Below are positions 12,440 to 25,930 of a DNA stretch of 64,000 bases, piece by piece. How positions within the stretch are numbered: position 1 is the stretch's first letter; every line of letters starts with the position of its first letter. The DNA lies in contig NC_135903.1 of NCBI RefSeq assembly GCF_964194155.1, positions 9,424,001 to 9,488,000 on the forward strand, written 5' to 3'. The DNA is from Cetorhinus maximus (taxonomy: Eukaryota). The position numbers and the translations under genes were made by a program. The notes below the pieces were generated by a model. That model saw only the letters and a program-made list of their open reading frames with translations. It was not told where the DNA came from and ran no database searches.

Positions 12440-14025
12440 CTCCACAGCATTCCGTGATAGAGAATGCGACAGGTTCACCACCCTCTGAGTGAAGACGTTT
12501 CTCCACATCTCAGTCCTAAATGGCCTACCCTGTATCCTGAGACTGTGACCCTTGTTCTTGACACCCCAGCCAGAGGAAATGTCATCCCTGCATCCAGTCT
12601 GTCCATCCTTGTCAGAATTTTATACATTTCAATGAGATCCCCTTTCATTCTCCTAAACTCCAGTGAATAGAAGCCTAGTCAACTCAATTTCTCCTCATAC
12701 GGCAATCATGCCATCCCAGGCAGGAATCAGTCTGGTGAACTTTCGTTGCATTCCCTCTAATGGTAAGTATATTCTTTCTTGGGTAAGGAGACCAAAGCTT
12801 CACACAATACTCCAGGTGTGGTCTCACCAAGACCCTGTACAGCTGCAGTAAGACATCCTTGCTCCTGTACTCAAGTCCTCTTGCAATGAAGGCCAACATA
12901 CCACACCCAGGTCCCTTTGTACATCAACATTTCCCAATCTATCACCATTTAAATAATATTCTGTCATTCTGTTTCTCCTACCGAAGTGGATAACTTCACA
13001 CTTCTTCACATTATATTGCATCTGCCATGTACTTGCCCACTCATTCAACCTGTCTAAATTGCCTTGAAGCCTCTTAACACCCTCCTCACCCCTCACATTC
13101 CCACCAAGTTTCATGTTGCCAACAAACTTGGAACTATCACATTTGGTTCCCTCATCCAAATCATTGATACATATTGTGAATAGCTGGGGCCCAATCACTG
13201 ATCCCTGCGGTACCCCATTAGTCACTGCCTGCTACTCCGAAAAATGACCCTTTTATTCCTATTCTCTGTTTTCTGTCTGCTAACCAACTCTCAATCCATG
13301 CCAATATATTACCTCCAATCCCATATGCTTTAATTTTACACACTAACCTCTTACATGGGTCTTTATCAAAAGCTTTCTCCAAATACACCACAACCACTGG
13401 TTCTCCCTAATCTATTCTGCTAGTTATGTCCTCAAAAAACTCCAGTAGGTTTGTCAAACATGATTTCCTTTTCATAGGTCCATGCTGACTTTGTCTAATC
13501 CCGTTGCTATTTTCTAAGTGTCCTGTTATCACATCCTTTATAATACACTCTAGCGTTTCCCCTACTACTGATGTTAGGCTAACTGATCTGTAATTCGCTG
13601 TTTTCTCCCTCCCTCCCTTTTTACATAGCGGGGTTACATTTGCCACCCTCCAATCTGCCAGGACTGTTCCAGAATCTACAGAATTTTGGAAGACGACAAC
13701 CAATGCGTTCACTCTTTCCACGGCCACCTCCTTTAGTACCCTGGGGTATAGATCATCAGGCCCTGGGGATTTATCAGCTTTCAGTCCCATTAATTTCTCC
13801 AGCACTGTCGTTTTAATAATACTAATTTACTTCAATTCCTCCTCCTCACTTGACACTTGGTTCCCTAGCATTTCTGGGAAGTTATTTGTGTCTTCCTCCG
13901 TGAAGAGGGAACTAAAGTAGTTGTTTAATTTCTCTGCCATTTCCTTGTTCTCTCTTATAAATTCTCCTGTTTCAGACTATAAGGGACCTACATTTGTCTT
14001 CACTAATCTTTTTCTTTTTACATAC
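12440..14025 (-). mobile_element. CR1 LINE ORF2 fragment
   Basis: ORFs with GVPQGSVIGPQLFTICIND, KSPGPDDLYPRVLKE and LVRPHLEYCV motifs, frameshifted. Confidence 0.95.
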
Positions 14026-14409
14026 TTTTACATACCCTACACCAATAGGACATAGTCCCTTGCATCCAGCACTGCTGGAGAACAAGTTCTTTGGAATAAG
14101 TCACATATCATACATTGCTTATTTGCATATTCTAATTGTCAATGCAACAGCGAGCACATTAAGTTTGACAAATATATTCATGCAAGAAATGACTTTGTCA
14201 TTGACCTGTTTAATTTTCCTTGAGGGGGATGTTACAGTAACATAGAGGAAACAAAACTTAAGCTGTTCTTTGTATGCCTCTTAAACATCATCATTTTCCC
14301 CTTTTAAAAAAAACTGGGCACACAGAGGTTCACGTACAGTTTATTGATGATCCAGTTTAGCGAAATTCAGTTCTGAAACAATGGAACTACACTTAGAAAG
14401 CCATCATTG

Positions 14410-14622
14410 ACTTTCCATTTTGTTCTTTCTTCCCTCTCCTCCTCCCACTGTTTCCTTGCCAAAATCTCTTACATCTCTAACATTTTTTAGTTTTGATGAC
14501 AAGGCATCAACCTGAAACATTACTGTTTTTCTCTCCCCATAGGCACTGCCTAACCTGCTGAGTATTTCCAGCATTTTCTCTTTTAATTTCAGATTTCTAG
14601 CATCTGCATTATTTTGTTTCTG
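14410..14622 (+). mobile_element. Penelope-type terminal fragment with decayed hammerhead motif
   Basis: ttttgatgacaaggcatcaacctgaaacattact...ctgcctaacctgctgagtatttccagcatttt matches the other copies and extends further 5'. Confidence 0.65.
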
Positions 14623-14732
14623 TGACACAAATATTCAGTTTCATTTGGAGATTGCAATCCCACAATTTCTCCACATTCATGTGGGACTCCAGATCTACTG
14701 CCAGCATTCCCATCTTCTTTCTGAACTTTCTA

Positions 14733-17700
14733 AACATAGAAACATAGAAAATAGGAGCAGGAGTAGGCCATTCAGCCCTTCAAGCCTGCTCCGCCATTCA
14801 TCATGATCATGGCTGATCATCCAACTCAATAACCTGCTCCCGCTTTCTCCCCATATCCTTTGATCCCTTTCGCCCCAAGAGCTATATCTAACTCCTTCTT
14901 GAAAACATACAACGTTTTGGCCTCAACTACTTTCTGTGGTAACGAATTCCACAGGCTCACCACTCTCTGGGTGAAGGAATTTCTCATCTCAGTCCTAAAT
15001 GGTCTACTCTGTGTCCTCAGACTGTGACCCCTGGTTCTGGACTCCCCCCACCATCGGGAACATCCTCCCTGCATCTACCTTGTCTAGTCCTGTTAGAATG
15101 GTTTCTATGAGATCCCCCCTCATTCTTCTGAACTCCAGCGAATATAATCCTAATTAACTCAATCTCTCCTCATATGTCAGTCCTGCCATCCCAGGAATCA
15201 ATCTGGTAAACCTTCGCTGCAGTCCCTCTATAACAAGAACATCCTAAGGAGGCCAAAACTGCACACAATATTCCAGGTGTGGTCTCACCAAGGCCCTGTA
15301 TAATTGCAGCAAGACATCCCTACTCCTGTACTCGAATCCTCTCACTATGAAGGCCAACATACCATTTGCCTTCTTTACCGCCTGCTGCACCTGCATACTT
15401 ACCTTCAGTGACTGGTGTACAAGGACCCCCAGGTCTCATTGCACATTCCCCTCTCTCAATTTATAGCCATTCAGATAATAATCTGCCTTCCTGTTTTTGC
15501 TACCAAAATGGATAACCACTCATTTATCCACATTATACTGCATCTGCCATGCATTTGACCACTCACTCAGATTGTCCAAATCACACTGAAACATCTCTGC
15601 ATCCTCTTCACAGCTCACCCTCCCACCCAGCTTTGTGTCATCTGCAAATTTGGAGATGTTACATTTAGTTCCCTCATCTAAATCATTAATATATATATTG
15701 TGAATAGCTGGGGTCCCAGCACCGATCCCTGCGGTACCCCACTAGTCACTGACTGCCATTCGGAAAAAGACCCTTTTATTCCTACTCTTTGTTTCCTGTC
15801 TGCCAACCAATTTTCTATCCATCTCAATACACTACCCCCAATCCCATGCGCTTTAATTTTATACGCTAATCTCTTATGTGGGACTTTGTTGAAAGCCTTC
15901 TGAAGGTCCAAATAAACCGCATCCACTGGCTCACCTTCATCAACTCTACTAGTTACAACCTCGAAAAATTCCAGTAGATTTGTCAAGCATGATTTCCCTT
16001 TCATAAATCCATGCTGACTCTGTCCGATTCTGCCACTGTTTTCCAAGTGCACAGCTATTAAATCTTTTATAATGGACTCTAGAATTTTCTCCACTACCGA
16101 CCAGGCTGAGTGGTCTATAATTCCCTGTTTTCTCTCTACTTCCCTTTTTAAATAGCAGGGTTACATTAGCTACCCTCCAATCTGTAGGAACTGTTCCAGT
16201 CTACAGAATCTCGGAAGATGGCCACCAAAACATCCGCTATTTCTACGGCCACTTCCTTAAGTATTCTGGGATGTAGATTATCAGGCCCTGGGGATTTATC
16301 AGCCTTCAATCTCATCAATTTCCCCAACACCATTTCCCTACTAATACTGATTTCTTTCAGTTCCTCCCTCACGCTAAACCCTGTGTTTCCCAACATTTCT
16401 GGTATGTTATTAGTGTCCTCCTTTGTGAAGACAGAACCAAAGTATGTATTTAGTTGGTCAGCCATTTCTTTGTTCCCCATTATAAATTCCCCTGTTTCTG
16501 ACTGTAAGGGACCTAAATTTGTCTTCACCAATCTTCTTCTCTTCACATACTTATAGAAACTTTTACAGTCAGTTTTTATGTTCCCCGTAAGCTTACTCTC
16601 GCACTCTATTTTCCCCTTCTTAATCAATCCCTTGGTCCTCCTTTGCTGAATTCTAAACTGCTCCCAATCCTCAGGTCTGTTGTTTTTTTTTAGCCAATTT
16701 GTATGCCTCTTCCTTGGATCTAATACTATCCCTAATTTCCCTTATAAACCATGGTTTGGCCACCTTTCCTGTTTTACTTTTGCACCAGACAGGAATAAAC
16801 AATTGTTGCAGTTCACCCATTTGCTCTTTGAATGTTTGCCATTGCCTATCCACCGTCATCCCTTTAAGTAACGTTTCCCAATCCATCATAGCCAACTTGC
16901 GCCTCATACCATCGTAGTTTCCTTTATTAAGATTCAGGACCCTAGTCTCAGAATCAACTACATCACTCTCCATATTGATGAAGAATTCTATCATATTATG
17001 GTCACTCATCCCCAAGGGATCTCGCACAATTAGATTGCCATTTATTCCTTTCTCATTACACAATACCCAGTCTAGGATGGCCTGTTCTCTAGTTAGTTCC
17101 TCAACATATTGGTCCAGAAAAATATCCTGTATACACTCCAGGAATTCCTCCTCTATGGTATTGTTACTAATTTTATTTGCCCAATCTATATGCAGATTAA
17201 AGTCACCCATAATTACAAATGTTCCTTTATTGCATGCGTCTCTAATTTCCTGTTTAATGCCATCCCCAACATCAACACTACAGTTTGGGGGTCTATATAC
17301 AACCCCCACTAACGTTTTTTGTCCCTAGTGTTTCTCAGCTCTACCCATACAGATTCTACATCGTCGGAGCTAATATCTTTCCCCACTATTGCATTAATTT
17401 CCTTTTTAACCAGCAATGCAACTCCACCACCTTTTCCTTTTTGCCTGTCCTTCCTAAATACTGAATACCCCTGGATGTTCAGTTCCCATCCCTGGTTACC
17501 CTGCAGCCATGTCTCCGTAATCCCAACTGTATCATACCTGTTTACATCTATTTGCGCGGTTAATTCATCCACTTTACTGAGAATGCTCCTCGCGTTAAGG
17601 CATTTGTGCCTTAAGGCTTTGTCTTTTTAAAATTACTTGTCCCATTCCCACTATTTTTCACTGAGGCCCAGTTTGATTCTTGCCTTTGATTTTTCTGCCT

Positions 17701-17990
17701 ATCACTTTTCTTATTCCCCTTTGTCTTTTGTTCTTGTCCTTGATTCCCCCTCCTCTGACTCCTTGCACAGGTTCCCATCCCCCTGCCGTTTTAGTTTAAA
17801 CCCTCCCCAACCACTCTAGCAAATATTCCCCCTAGAACATCAGTCCCAGTCCTGCCCAGGTGTAACCCGTCTAGTTTGTACTGGTTCCACCTCCCCCAGA
17901 ACCGATCCCAATGTCTAAGGAATCTGAAACCCTCCCCCTCACACCATCTCTTCAGCCACGTATTCATCCGATATACCCTATTTCTACTCC
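14733..17990 (-). mobile_element. CR1 LINE with near-complete frameshifted ORF2 (AP endonuclease + RT) and end of ORF1
   Basis: Successive ORFs: GITETWL (17309-17572), GDFNLH and SDHNMIEF (16671-17309), KSPGPDNLHPRILKE, DLQKAFNKVPH and GVPQGSVLGP; tail aacatagaaacatagaaa at 14733. Confidence 0.95.
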
Positions 17991-18147
17991 GACAAACTCA
18001 CTGAACTTACTTATTATAATAACATTGAGTAGCACAATGAACCAGCTCATTGTCTGTTTGCAGGCCTACGGTTTATATTTTATTTTTTAAATTGAAACAA
18101 TTATTTATATTATTCAGTTCCCTATAGATCTATTGTAAATTAAACCA

Positions 18148-18237
18148 GAAAAGACAAATAAAAACAGAATATGTGGAGACACTCAGCATGTCAGGCAGCA
18201 TCTCTGGAGAAGGAGGAGTAGTGTTAACATTTCTGAC
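18148..18237 (-). mobile_element. Degenerate short Penelope-type insertion
   Basis: aaataaaaacagaatatgtggagacactcagcatgtcaggcagcatctctggaga...gttaacatttc is the reverse complement of the family consensus. Confidence 0.6.
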
Positions 18238-18249
18238 AGTTCCAAGAGG

Positions 18250-20018
18250 GAGGGAGCATCAAATTGAAGGGATGGGATTCCCTCCAGGTTCCCACCCACC
18301 CCTACCACACAGCAATTTTTGCTGGGGCAGGCCAGGCCTCAGACGGGAAACCCACCCTTGCCCCAGTTGAGGCCCTTAAGTGGCCAATTATTGACCACTC
18401 AAGGGCCATTTCCCACTCAGCCCCTCAATTTTTAGAACCATAGAAAAGTTATGGCGCAGAAAGAGCCCATCATGTCTGTGCTGGCCAAAAAAGAGAAAAA
18501 AGAAACTAGCCGCTCATTTTAATCCCACTTTCCAGAACCTGGTCCATAGCCTTGCAGGTTACAGCACTTCAGATGCAGATCCAGGTACCTTTTAAAGGAG
18601 TTGAGCATTTCAGCCTCAACCACCAACTTAGGCAATGAATTCCAGACACCCGCCACCCTCTGGTTGAAAAGGGTTTTCCTCATGTCCCCTCTAATTCCGC
18701 TACCAATCACCGTAAATCTATGCCCCCTGGAAATTGACCCCTCAGCTAGGGGAAACAAGTCTTTCCTGTCTACCCCATCTAGGCCCCTCTATTTTGTACA
18801 CCTTAGTTCGATCACCCCATAGCCTCCTCTGTTCTAAAGAAAACAACCCTAGCCTATCCAATCTTTCCTCATAGCTGAAAGTTTCCAGCCCTGGCAACAT
18901 TCTTGTAAATCTCCTTTTTACTCTCTCCAGGGCAATTATGTCCTTCCTGTAATATGATGACCAGAACCCAAAATTCCTGCTGTGGCCTAACCAGCATTTT
19001 ATACAGTTCCATCATTACATGCCTACTTTTGTACTCAGTACCACACCCAATAAAGGAAAACATTCCATATGCTTTCTTGACCGCCTTGTCCATCTGTCCT
19101 GTCACCATCAAGGACCCGTGGACATGCACTACAAGGTCTCTCACCTCCTCAACCCCTCTCAATAACTTCCCGTTTATTGAGTATTCCCTTGCTTTATTTG
19201 CCCTCCCCAAATGAATTACCTCACACGTTTCTGGATTGAATTCTGTTTGCCACTTCTCCGCTGACGCAACCAAACCATTGATATCATTCTGGAGTCGACA
19301 GCTATCTTCACTATCAACTACACGCCCAATTTTTGTTTCATCTGCAAATTTCCCAATCATATCTCCCACATTTAAGTCTAAGTCATTAATATATACAATA
19401 AACAGCAAGGGCCCCAACACTGAACCCTGTGAAACACCACTGGAAACCGTTTACATTCGCAAAAACATCCATCGAACATTACCCTTTGTCTCCTGTCACT
19501 GAGCCTATTTTGGATCCAACCTGCCACCTTCCCCTGTATCCCTTGAGATCTCACTTTCCTGACTAGGCTGGCAGGAGGATTGAACTTGTGTGGGGGAAGC
19601 CTGAAAATCAACAGAGGTAGATCTCGGGCAGAAAAGCAGGTTTGGGGGGGGCACCTCCATCAAAAGCCCCCTCTGAAGTCGAGCACCCCTGCCCCCCAGT
19701 TTAAGGTTTAGTGATCTCCCTCCCCCGCTCCCCAGTCCTCTCCTCTCATACCCCAATCGCCCCTTGCGCACCCCGCCTGCCCAGGCCTTCCCTATCGCCC
19801 CTGCCCTGGGACCCTCTGAACATACTTAGCCTCAGGTGCCCTCCTACATTCCCTCTTCAGTCCACTGCAGCACATTGCTGCAGGGACTGGGAGAGTTTCG
19901 GGCTAGTTTCATTCGAGCGCGAAATGGCTGCGGGCACTAGGAGTTGGCGGGGACGTGTTCCCCACAGACTCTTCGGATGGTGGGAAGCAAGGCCCTGCCA
20001 TCCAAAAGATTCAGGTCC
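18250..20018. mobile_element. Second GC-rich MITE-like element, split by a CR1 insertion
   Basis: GC-rich segments 18250-18435 and 19567-20018 flank the CR1; right end aaagattcaggtcc resembles the MITE TIR; imperfect palindrome cccttaagtggccaattattgaccactcaaggg. Confidence 0.45.
18436..19566 (-). mobile_element. 5'-truncated CR1 LINE
   Basis: ORF 18869-19420 (LGPLLFIVYINDLD..KFADETKIG) and 3' ORF 18519-18758; tail at 18436. Confidence 0.92.
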
Positions 20019-20779
20019 ACATTTTAAAGCTGCACACTGCTGCAGAAAAATGAACACAGTTGAGAAAAGAACTGTTCATCCAAAAAAATGTCAGCACTTA
20101 AACCTTAATCACCATGCATGTATGATGGTGTTATATTATCTGTTATAATATATTAGAATATTGCACATTATAAACAGCAAGTTCCAGCGAAAGAAAGGTT
20201 GTAACAAAAGCTCAGGACCTGAACATTTTTTTGCAGGTTAATTTCCAGCTATGCTGCTCCAGGGAAGGAAACAAATCTAATTCAGGCATAATTATGCATT
20301 TTCCAGGCCCATCTCAAACACTCCCTCATCCACAGCCCTGCCCAGGGTCAACTTTTCTTAACTTTTCAAGCTCTTTCTGCCCCGCAGTAATTAAACCTAG
20401 AAGCATCAAATACACCTTAATATAAAAAGTAGTTTGCTGTACAAAATCCTGGTCCCCTAATTTCCACTGACAAACACAGAGGAGATTTTGAAACTGGGCA
20501 GCATGCAGCCTTAGGTACCTTGTTTCATCCTGTGCCCAAGACATGGTATTCATTTTATCCACATCAACAGAATGAAAAACCTAATGAAGCTCAAAGAGCA
20601 TCAAATCAGGGACTTTCTGGTCCCAAGTCTGGCATTCAACTGAACGAGCTATCCACCCAGTATCAAATAAATAGATACAATTTAGAGGACCTTAGATGAG
20701 GATCCAGATACATTTATATCCTAGGTTGTTTGATCAGCAAGCCTACAACAAAATCAGTTTTGGCCAGTGTCACAGATTG

Positions 20780-22200
20780 TGAAACGTGTGGTTTTCATCC
20801 ATTCCTAATTGTTTTGGCTAGTGGTGCTTGGTGTAATTAGAGGGTCCAGTGATGTACACATATGAAGAATTGCTACTTTGCAAATTGGTTCTCATCATTC
20901 AATATGGAATCATATTTTTTTATAATGAGTTTTATAAATGCAGCATTTCAAACAATAAATATTTTGTATCAAAAATGTTAGAGTATGTGGGAAAGTGGCT
21001 AAGGGATGCATTCCAAAACAAGTCCTATTTGAATCTGAAACAGACAATTCTGAATATTTTCTTAATGGTAACAGACTAGAAACTATAGAGAGGCTAAGGA
21101 ATTTAGGTATCCACTTAAACAAATCCTTAAATGCTAGTGCAAAGACAAAAAGTAATCAAAAATGATAGAGTTGTACAGTCATTGAGTCATAGTCATAGAC
21201 GTAGAAACATTATGGCATAGGAGGAGGGCATTCAGCCCAACAAGACCAGACCAGCTCTATGTGGGTCAATCCAATAAGTCCTATTCTCCTACTCTTTCCC
21301 TGTAGCATGTTTATTTCCCCCAAGGGCCCATCCAATTTGCTTTCGAAATCTCATCATCTCGACTTCCACCACCCTCAAAGGCAGCAAGTCATTACCATTT
21401 ACTGCAAAGAAAAGCTCTTCCTCACAGCCACCTGCACCTCTTGCTCAAAACCTTAAATGTGTCCCCTCGTCCTTGTATAATCAGCCAATGGGAACAACAT
21501 TTCTTTGTTCACCTTATCTGAACCTGTCATAACTTTGTACCCCTCTATCAAATCTTCTCTCAATCTCTCTTGCTCCAACTGGAACAACCCCAGCATCTCA
21601 AATCTAACTCGCAGCCAAAATCCCTGAACCCTGGAACCATTCTGGTAAATCATCCCCGTAGCCTCACAAGGGCCCTTACATCCTTCCAAAGTGTGGTGAC
21701 CAGAACTGGACACAATATGACGGAATGTTGGCCTTAACTCAATGAGATTGGAATTATAACAAGACTTAAAAGGGTTAAATTATGGGGACAAGCTGCATAA
21801 ACTGGTTTTGTATTGCCTTCAGTTTTGAAGGTTAAGAGGGTGATAAAATTGAATGGTTAAAAACAATAAAAGGGAATTGATAGGGTCGATACAAGAAAAC
21901 CATTTCTCTTGTTGGTAGTATCCAGAACAAGGAGTCACAATCTTAAAATTCGGCCATTTAGGAATGAAACCTAAAAGCACATTTTCTGTCACAAAAGTGC
22001 AGTAGATTCTGTAACTCTCTCTTCCAAAAGGCTGTGGATGACAAGTCAACTGAAGTTTTCAAGACTGATTTTTTATCAAATATGGGTATGAACAGATATG
22101 GAGCAAAGGCAGGTAGAATGTACAGATGAGCCATGATCTAATTGAATAACATAACATGCTTGTGGGGCTAAATGGACTACTCCTGTAGCTATGATCCCAT
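20780..22200 (+). mobile_element. Old CR1 fragment with a nested opposite-strand CR1 3' end (~21180-21720)
   Basis: Degenerate RT motifs 20780-21170 continue at 21740-22200 to a CR1 tail; nested minus ORF 21453-21713 (RLREDLIEGYKVM). Confidence 0.7.
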
Positions 22201-22434
22201 TGAAGTCATACATTCCAAACAGTTCCGTGTTTATTTTGCATCAGTATTCTGCAAGATCATTTTCATGATCTAATCTTAGAACAAGTAGTACAAGAACCTA
22301 TGCCACAGACTAAATAGCATTGTAGTATTGCTGCTTTGATCACAAATTGATTGCAGTCCTCAGCTGTTAAGGAGTTAAGAGTTTAAAGCTTAAATATCTT
22401 TATGCGAACTTTAGTTATCTGGAGGGAGAGAGAA

Positions 22435-22545
22435 AAAAAGTATTTGCATTAATATAACTCTTTTCATGACCTTTGGATGACTTAAAAGTGCTTTACACCC
22501 AATTATATACTTTTGAAATGTAGTCACTGTTGTAATGCAGGAAGG
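22435..22545 (-). mobile_element. SINE/L2-type 3' tail
   Basis: ttgcattaatataactc...aaagtgctttacacccaat...cttttgaaatgtagtcactgttgtaatg resembles L2-dependent (DeuSINE-type) SINE tails. Confidence 0.5.
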
Positions 22546-22663
22546 ACTTCATAAGCATTCAAATATTCCCTCTATTGAAGACCAGGCACCAAATTGTGAT
22601 AATTCAAGAAATTGAAAGAAGAGTTCATAAAACTAACTTTCAAAATGGGCATTCAAAGTACTT

Positions 22664-24330
22664 TCTTTATTCTTTCATTGGAAGTGGGCTTCATTGGCAA
22701 GGGCAGCATTTGTTTGCCATCCCTAACTGCTCCTGGATAGGTGGTGGTGAGCTGCCCTCTTGAACCGCTGCAGTCCATTGGATGCACATACACCCACAGC
22801 GCTGTTAGGAAGGGAGTTCCAGGACTTTGATCCAGCCACAGTGGAGGAACAGTGATATAGTTCCAAGTCAGGATGGTATATGGCTCGGAGGGCAGTTTGC
22901 AGGTGGTGGTGTTCCCATGCATCTGCTGCCCTTGTCCTTCTAGATGGTGGAAGTCATGAGTTTGGAAGGTGCTGTCGATGGAGCATGGGTGAATTGCTGC
23001 AGTGCATCTTGTATATGGTACACAATGCTGCCAATATGAGTTGGTGGTGATGAGAGTGAATGTTTAAGGTGGTGGATGGGGTGCCAATCAAGCCGCCTGC
23101 TTTATTCTGGATGGTGTCCAGCTTCCTGAGTGTTGTTGGAACATAACTTATCCAGGCAAGTGAAGAGTATTCAATAGCACTTCTGATTTGTCCCTTGTAG
23201 ATAGCGGACAGGTTTTGGGGAGTCAGGTGGTGAGTTACCTGTCCCAGGATTCCCAGCCTCTGACCAGATCTTGTAGCCATAGTATTTATATGGCTAGTTC
23301 AGTTCAGCTTCTGGTCAATGGTAACGCCAAGGATGTTGATATTGGAGGATTCACTGATGGTAATGCCATTGAGTGTCATGGAGAGATGATTAGATTCTCT
23401 CTTGTTGGAGATGATCATTGGCTGGCACTTGTGTGGCATGAATATTACCTGTCACAGTCAAAGACTGAATGTTACCTTGGTGCATATGGACATGGACTGC
23501 TTCAGTATTGAGGAGTTACGAATGGTACTGAATATTGTGAAATATCAGCATACATCCCCAATTCTGACTTTATGATGGAGGGAAGGTCATTGATGAAACA
23601 GCTGAAGATGGTTGGCCATAGTTCCCTGAGGAACTCCTGCAGCAACGTCCTGGGACTGAGATGACTAGCCTCCAACAACCATAACCGTCTTCCTTTGTAC
23701 TCGGTTTGACTCCAACCAGTGGAGGGTTTTCCCTCTCATTCCTATTTCAATTTTGCTAGGGATCATTGATGCCACACTCGGTCAAATGCTGCCTTGATGT
23801 CGAGGGCAGTCATCCTCACTTCGCCTCTGGAATTCAGTTATTTTATCCATGTTTGGACTAAGGCTGTAATGAGGTCAGGAGCCAAGTGGCCCTATCAGAA
23901 CCCAAACTAAGCATCAGTGAGCAGGTTATTGCTGTGTAAATGCTGCTTCATTGCACTTCAATAATACCTTCTATCACTTTTCTGATGATTGAAAGGAGGC
24001 TGACGGGCCAGTAATTGGCCAGATTGGATTTGTCCTGCTTTGTGTGGACAGAAGATATCTGGGCAATTTTCCACATTGTCGAGTAGATGCTAGTGTTGCG
24101 GCTGTACTGAACATCTTGGCTAAGGGTGCAGCTAGTTCTGAAGCACAAGTCTTTTAATGCTGTTGCCAGCTTGTTGTCAGGTGGTATCCATGCCTTCAGC
24201 CATTTCTTGATATCACATGGAATTAATTGAATTGACCAAGGAGTGGCATCTGTGATGCTGGGAACCTCAGGAGGATGCTGAGCGGCACTTCTGGCTGAAA
24301 ATGGTTACAAGTGCTTCAGCCTTGTCTTGT
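22664..24330 (-). mobile_element. LINE family B (CR1/L2 group), 5'-truncated
   Basis: RT motifs (KQDKSNLANYWPVSLLSII; IYKGQIRSAIEYSSLAW) and 3' tail shared with copies at 35.2, 44.6, 46.5 and 49.3 kb. Confidence 0.9.
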
Positions 24331-24626
24331 ACTTTAAATTTCAACATATATTACAAATTATTCACCTAATATCTTTGCTCCAGTAAACTATTAAATTGGA
24401 AATAAGTAGTCATTTAAACCTACGTGAAATGGTTTTCTGTCAGGTGTTTCTATCTTTTGAGAGGTGGAGATGTAGTGGGAATCAATGTAAATTTAAATAA
24501 GCCAGTTCCTTCTGGAGAGCAGAAAAACAAAAGATCCAAACTCCAAATCATAAGGAGTGCAGTCTCTCCATAGAATCTGTCATCAAGCTAACTAAATGAG
24601 AAAACAGCTTTGAAAACTCCATAGAT

Positions 24627-24857
24627 AAAAGCAAAATACTGCGGATGCTGGAAATTTGAAATAAAAACAGAAAATGCTCGAAAAACTCAGCAGGTCTGAG
24701 AGCATCTGTGGAGAGAGAAACAGAGTTAATGTTTTGAGTCCGTATGACTCTTCTTCAGAGCCTCTTCTGAAGAAGAGTCGTGCAGACTCGAACGTTCTCT
24801 CTGTTTCTCTCTCCACAGATGCTGTCAAACCTGAGTTTTTCCAGCATTTTGTTTTTA
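24627..24857. mobile_element. Inverted (palindromic) Penelope-type insertion with two decayed hammerhead motifs
   Basis: Minus arm 24627-24761 joined to plus arm 24762-24857 at the ctgaagaagagtc motif; imperfect TSD tttgaaaactccata / tttgaaaaatccatg. Confidence 0.85.
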
Positions 24858-25077
24858 TTTGAAAAATCCATGGTTACTGTCAGATAAAGATTATATTTCA
24901 CACATTCTCATTGTTTTTAAACTATTAATTTGACAAGGCCAAAAGCAAAAAAATTTTTTTTTTTTCAAATCACAAATTGGAAAGTAAAGTAGGTTGCTAA
25001 GCAGACTGCTTCTTCCCATAATGTCACAGTGAAACAGTTACAGTGCTATGTGTTACAATACCACTTTTGTAAAGCTG

Positions 25078-25430
25078 GGTAACAGTAGCATAGTGGTTAT
25101 GTTACTAGACTAATAATAGGGGTCTGGATTATGTAGAGATGGAGGGCAGAGTTTAATGCCGTCCCGTTGGAGATGAGGGCATTTAATCTCGTGGGAGGGT
25201 GCCAGGTGGGTTTGCCTTCCTGTGCCGCTGCCAGCTCCCAAGGGACAGGATTTTTGCCCCAGGGATCCTGGAGAAGGCATGTCACTGGCCACTTAAGTCC
25301 CTGATTGGCACTTAATACAGTGAGCCTTCTCCATAGGGGGTGACGTGTGGCTCTCTCCCGTCGCTTGTATTAAATTCCATCCTGGCAGTTTGAGACTTTG
25401 AATTTAATTCAGAAAACCTGGAAATAAGTC
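25078..25430 (+). mobile_element. tRNA-derived SINE head containing a short GC-rich MITE-like insert (~25145-25383)
   Basis: A-box-like agcatagtggttatgttactagact; insert begins gggcagagttta like the MITE TIR; SINE body resumes at ggcagtttgagactttgaattt. Confidence 0.5.
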
Positions 25431-25489
25431 GAGAAGCAGAAATTTATTATAATACACTCTTCTGGATCATGATAACGTAATTTTTTTTA

Positions 25490-25930
25490 AATTGTTCGTT
25501 CTTGGGCTAGGGTGGGATGGGATGGCAGCAGCTAGTAAGCTCAGCATTTACTAATGATCCCCATTTGCTATGAGAAAGTGTAGCAGGCCTTCTTCTGGAA
25601 CCACTGCAATCGTCTCTGTAGTGGTTTGCTGTGGCTAAGTGGCTTACTAAGCCACTTCAGAGGTCAGTTAAGAATAAACCATGTTGGTGTCGGCCTTAAG
25701 TCACATATCGACCACCAGGCAAGGATGGTAGGTTTCTTTCCCTATTTGAAAGCCAGTCAGCTAGGAGTTATTACTACAATCTGACAGCTTCATGGCCAGT
25801 TCATGCTGATACAGAAAATTTCTAGATTGTTTTCCAAAACTGAATTTGAATTCTGCCACAATGGGATTAGAACATTCATTCCCTAGATTAAAAGTCCATC
25901 AATATAACCTACTGTTTCACTATACCCAGA
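25490..25930 (-). mobile_element. Old SINE sharing the LINE family B 3' tail
   Basis: 25490-25610 resembles the reverse-strand family B tail (agcatttact...ccttcttctggaaccactgca), followed by SINE body rather than RT sequence. Confidence 0.55.

Noticed and set aside
14733-17990. Active LINE or domesticated reverse transcriptase
   Set aside because: ORF2 is broken into several frames and most of ORF1 and the 5'UTR is missing.
19505-20148. GC-rich ORFs as a CpG-island gene start
   Set aside because: GC richness comes from a MITE-like repeat next to a CR1; no splice or domain support.
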